Part shown: piece after piece, positions 28,556 through 32,000 of the stretch
Layout: every line of letters starts with the position of its first letter
Position numbering within the stretch: position 1 is the first letter of the stretch
Assembly (NCBI GenBank): GCA_964648855.1
Contig: CAZYLT010000001.1
Location: 210,001 to 242,000 of the forward strand
Length of the DNA stretch: 32,000 nucleotides
Direction: 5' to 3'
DNA from: an uncultured archaeon
GTDB lineage: Archaea > Asgardarchaeota > Thorarchaeia > Thorarchaeales > Thorarchaeaceae
Notes under the pieces: generated by a model
The model's database searches: none
What the model saw: only the letters and a program-made list of their open reading frames with translations
What the model was told of the DNA's origin: nothing
Position numbers and translations under genes: made by a program

Positions 28556-30019
28556 TTGGAATCAATTATAATAGGTGCTGGAGTTGGTGGTCTTTCAGTT
28601 GCTGCACTCCTAGGAAAGAGTGGTCATGATGTGACTGTTCTCGAAAAAAATAGCGAAATTGGAGGACGCGCAAGAGTCTGGAGAAAGGATGGCTTTGTAT
28701 TTGATATGGGACCATCGTGGTACCTGATGCCTGAAGTCTTTGAACATTATTTCGACAACTTCGACAGAGATGTCAAGGATTTCTATGAACTCATTAGGCT
28801 TGATCCGTCTTATCGAATCTATTTTCCGGAGAGCACATTAGATATATCTGCAAAATTGGAGAAGAACCTTGAACTCTTTGAGCGTCTTGAAGAGAACGGG
28901 GGAGAAAAACTGCAGAAATATCTCGATCAGGCTCAAGACAAATACGAGTACTTACTTGACGGGTTGATGTATGAGGACCTATCAGGAATCTTGTCGATGT
29001 TCAATCCCAAGCTAATTGCTGCAGGCTGGAAACTGAGCATTTTGTCCAATATTGATGGTCTAACAAAGAAGTATTTCGATAGTGAGAGAGCAAGGAAAAT
29101 CCTTCAGTATTCAATTGTATTCCTGGGCGGAAATCCAAAGAACACTCCCGCACTCTATTCAATGATTTCTCATATTGACTTCAATCTAGGAGTCTGGTAT
29201 CCCTATGGCGGTTTGGGAAAAATTGTAGAAGCTCTTGAATCACTCTGCAATGAATTCAATGTTCAAATCAATACTGGAGTCGAAGTAACTGGTTTGAATG
29301 TGGAAGACAAGAAGATTACGTCTGTAGATACTAAGGAGGAAAGTTACCAAACTGACGTTGTTGTTAGTAATGCAGACTACCCTCATAGTGAGATGGATTT
29401 ATTGCAAGAGAAATATCAGCAATATCCCCAGGACTACTGGCAGGACAAGACCATTGCTCCTTCAGCATTCGTTATGTATCTGGGACTGAATAAGAAAATC
29501 GACAGTCTGACTCACCATAATGTGATACTAGACCACGACTGGGTTCAGCACTTCGAGCAGATATTCCAAGAGCCGTCTTGGCCAGACAAGCCAGCATATT
29601 ATCTTTGCTGCCCATCAAGAAAAGATGATACAGTTGCGCCGCCGGGTCATGAGAATATCTTTGTGACTGTTCCGATATCTCCGGGCATAGAAGATACCCC
29701 CGAAATCAGAGAAGAATACTACAATAAGATGATTAAACACATGGAGAAGGTCATTGGCGAACCCCTGGCAGACTCAGTTGTTGTAAAGCGAATCTTCTCG
29801 CTGAATGACTTTGCCAATGATTATAATGCTTACAAGGGTACAGCAGTCGGCCTGACTCACACATTTAGACAATCTGCATTCTTCCGACCAAGACATACGA
29901 GCAAGAAGGTGGATAATCTCTATTATACCGGACAATACACCCATCCGGGAATTGGGGTTCCGATGGCTCTGATAGCCTCGGAGATTGTGGCAGATCTTGT
30001 AGAAGAAGGCTACAAGTGA
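28556..30019 (+). CDS. crtD: Carotenoid 3,4-desaturase (haloarchaeal CrtD-like, CrtI family)
   Basis: IIGAGVGG, FDMGPSWYLMPEVF, VFLGGNPKNTPALY, GLTHTFRQSAFFRP, YTHPGIGVPM; directly upstream of lyeJ. GGAG RBS before TTG. Confidence 0.8.
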   Translation: MESIIIGAGVGGLSVAALLGKSGHDVTVLEKNSEIGGRARVWRKDGFVFDMGPSWYLMPEVFEHYFDNFDRDVKDFYELIRLDPSYRIYFPESTLDISAKLEKNLELFERLEENGGEKLQKYLDQAQDKYEYLLDGLMYEDLSGILSMFNPKLIAAGWKLSILSNIDGLTKKYFDSERARKILQYSIVFLGGNPKNTPALYSMISHIDFNLGVWYPYGGLGKIVEALESLCNEFNVQINTGVEVTGLNVEDKKITSVDTKEESYQTDVVVSNADYPHSEMDLLQEKYQQYPQDYWQDKTIAPSAFVMYLGLNKKIDSLTHHNVILDHDWVQHFEQIFQEPSWPDKPAYYLCCPSRKDDTVAPPGHENIFVTVPISPGIEDTPEIREEYYNKMIKHMEKVIGEPLADSVVVKRIFSLNDFANDYNAYKGTAVGLTHTFRQSAFFRPRHTSKKVDNLYYTGQYTHPGIGVPMALIASEIVADLVEEGYK

Positions 30020-30044
30020 GTAAGCTAGTTCGTTGGGAAACACA

Positions 30045-30899
30045 ATGACGAATATCTTGCGTTTGGCATTCGAGGTTTCACGTGTTCGTTTCTGGCTATA
30101 TCTTGGCGGTACGTACCTGATTGGTTACATAATTGCAATTTCATCGATTTCCGAATTGATTGATATGTTCTTCATTGTGCACCTCTTCTTCTTTATGCTG
30201 CCCGCGAATATTATTCTCTATGGGGTTAACGATATCTCTGACAAGGATACTGATATGTTCAATCCGAAGAAAGGTGACAAGGAGTATAAGGCACTGGAAT
30301 CCGATGCGACAAAGCTGTACATCCTCGTTGGAGGAATCCTGATCTTTTGTTTAATTTTGGTAGCATTGCAGCCTGATTTCATGGCCGCTATTCTCTTCCT
30401 ATCATGGCTAGGACTTTCAGTCGCCTATAGCGTAGAGCCTATCAGATTTAAGGCACGGCCAATCGTTGATTTCGCATCAAATTTCCTGTATGTGATTCCA
30501 GCCATTCTTGCGTTCTACCAAGTGAAACTTGACTTCCCACCGCTTCTACCTCTGTTCGCGGCATTTCTGTGGACGTCAGCTATGCAGCTATTCTCTGCCA
30601 TTCCCGATATCGAAGCAGACAGAAAAGCAGACATCAAGACGACAGCAGTTGTCATTGGGGAGAAAGCATCACTTCTTCTATGCATCATCTTCTGGGCGGG
30701 TTTCGCTGGAATTCTCATACTAGTAACCCAATGGAATAGCCCTTGGAATCTAATGATGCTAGTTTATCCAGCAATTCCATTGTATATTCTCCTACGTCCA
30801 CATGTAGACATTGCAAGCATTTACTGGTATTTCCCATACTACACTGCGGTCTTTGGTATCGTCCTTTTCTTCAGTGTAGGTCTGCCATTATTTCTGTAG
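30045..30899 (+). CDS. lyeJ: Lycopene elongase/1,2-hydratase (UbiA prenyltransferase family, LyeJ/CrtEb-like)
   Basis: SRVRFWLYL, LYGVNDISDKDTDMFNPKK, YSVEPIRFK, FSAIPDIEADRKADIKTTA; about 8 TM helices. Confidence 0.85.
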   Translation: MTNILRLAFEVSRVRFWLYLGGTYLIGYIIAISSISELIDMFFIVHLFFFMLPANIILYGVNDISDKDTDMFNPKKGDKEYKALESDATKLYILVGGILIFCLILVALQPDFMAAILFLSWLGLSVAYSVEPIRFKARPIVDFASNFLYVIPAILAFYQVKLDFPPLLPLFAAFLWTSAMQLFSAIPDIEADRKADIKTTAVVIGEKASLLLCIIFWAGFAGILILVTQWNSPWNLMMLVYPAIPLYILLRPHVDIASIYWYFPYYTAVFGIVLFFSVGLPLFL

Positions 30900-31027
30900 A
30901 AGAGATTCCAATACGTTCTCTAATCGCCCGATGTGTTTCTTGGAACATAACGATGATAATAATTTGAGCAAATGTATTAATAGCTCGTTCGCGCACTATA
31001 TACCAAACCCAGAAGGAAGGAGATTGA

Positions 31028-32000
31028 TTGAGCAAAATTTTGAGAGTCAACATGAGCGATATGAGTACTGACTGGGAGAATATTCCCAAGAAGTATGAAA
31101 CCTTGGCTGGACGCGCCATTACAACGGCAATTGTCCATGACGAGGTGGAGCCTACCTGTCACCCGTTGCGTGAGAAAAACAAATTCGTTATCGCGCCTGG
31201 GCTGCTAGCGGGTACTCCGGCCCCGTCTTCAGGACGTTTGAGTGTAGGTGGTAAGTCGCCTCTCACAGGTGGAATAAAGGAAGCAAACGCTGGAGGACTG
31301 ACAGCCACCAGGCTTGGCAAGATTGGCACACGAGCCATTGTCATTGAAGGTATGCCGGACACTGATGATTGGTACAGCGTAGTAGTTGGAAAGGACAATG
31401 CAGAGATTATCAAGACCAACGATTATGCGGGTATGGGTCTTTATGATCTAATCAACAAGATCTGGAAGGACCATGACCACAAACCGGGCATCATCGGATG
31501 TGGCATAGCAGGACAACGCCTATTGAAGAGCGCTGGAGTATTTGGAAACAATATTGAGAATACGGGCCCCAGCCGTTATGCAGGTCGAGGAGGACTTGGA
31601 GCTGTATTGGGCTCAAAGCGAGTTGTCGCCGTCATAAGTGACGACCATGGCTGTGACCCACCAAAGCCGCAGGACAAAGGTAAGTTCGCGAAGGGACGCA
31701 AGGCGCTGACTAAGGCACTGAACGATCACCCTGTCACTGGCCGGCTTGAAGACGAAGAAGGTAATCCCTATGGCGGATTGAAGAATTATGGTACAAGCAT
31801 CCTGATAAACATCATAAATGAGGCAGGAGGCCTTCCCACCAGGGGCTTCAGGTCTGGACGCTTTGAGCATGCTGCAAAAGTTTCTGGAGAAGCTATACAT
31901 GAACTGGTTGACAAGACGAACAAGAAATTTGGTGATAAGGCAGAGGGCAAGTATGGACATCCCTGCCACCCTGGCTGTGTCATAGCGTGCTCCAATGTAG
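31028..32000 (+). CDS. aor: Tungsten-type aldehyde:ferredoxin oxidoreductase (AOR family), 3'-truncated by the window edge
   Basis: Hand translation from TTG 31028 (AGGAG RBS, in-frame TGA immediately before): MSKILRVNMSD...GGKSPLTGGIKEANAGG...AGRGGLGAVLGSK...YGT...GGLPTRGF...CHPGCVIACS; open to the end of the window. Confidence 0.93.
   Translation, partial: MSKILRVNMSDMSTDWENIPKKYETLAGRAITTAIVHDEVEPTCHPLREKNKFVIAPGLLAGTPAPSSGRLSVGGKSPLTGGIKEANAGGLTATRLGKIGTRAIVIEGMPDTDDWYSVVVGKDNAEIIKTNDYAGMGLYDLINKIWKDHDHKPGIIGCGIAGQRLLKSAGVFGNNIENTGPSRYAGRGGLGAVLGSKRVVAVISDDHGCDPPKPQDKGKFAKGRKALTKALNDHPVTGRLEDEEGNPYGGLKNYGTSILINIINEAGGLPTRGFRSGRFEHAAKVSGEAIHELVDKTNKKFGDKAEGKYGHPCHPGCVIACSNV

Noticed and set aside
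28159-28629. Short plus-strand ORFs (76 and 79 aa) in the crt divergent region
   Set aside because: Overlap crtB, crtD and promoter elements; no protein-like features.
30871-31995. Several minus-strand ORFs at the right end
   Set aside because: Antisense to the AOR reading frame.
1-32000. CRISPR array, tRNA/rRNA, transposase, integrase or defence system
   Set aside because: No regularly spaced repeats, cloverleafs or such protein motifs were seen, and intergenic gaps are all about 300 nt or less.

Overview
Gene-dense archaeal chromosomal window with no rRNA, tRNA, CRISPR array or recognisable mobile element. TATA-like promoters, GGAGG/GGTGA ribosome-binding sites, frequent TTG/GTG starts and a longin-roadblock protein suggest an Asgard archaeon, possibly Thorarchaeia; this taxonomy is inferred, not searched. 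Main blocks: (1) a B12 acyl-CoA mutase system with two large-subunit paralogs, one with methylmalonyl-CoA mutase determinants (Tyr/Arg) and one with isobutyryl-CoA mutase determinants (Phe/Gln), plus one B12-binding small subunit, MeaB and CobO; (2) a membrane-tethered wHTH regulator next to a secreted, anchored protein with a Ca-binding-like loop; (3) a two-subunit family-I CoA transferase and a HAD hydrolase; (4) a VAO/GlcD-type flavoprotein and an HdrD/GlcF-type Fe-S protein, each preceded by an unannotated micro-ORF; (5) a longin-roadblock fusion, a wHTH and a long bactofilin-like beta-helix protein; (6) 2-oxoacid dehydrogenase E1alpha/E1beta/E2 without E3; (7) a divergent C50-carotenoid cluster (crtI-crtB / crtD-lyeJ, no cruF); (8) an aldehyde:ferredoxin oxidoreductase that runs off the right edge and is missing from the ORF track. 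Product calls come from motif recognition only; no database search was run.
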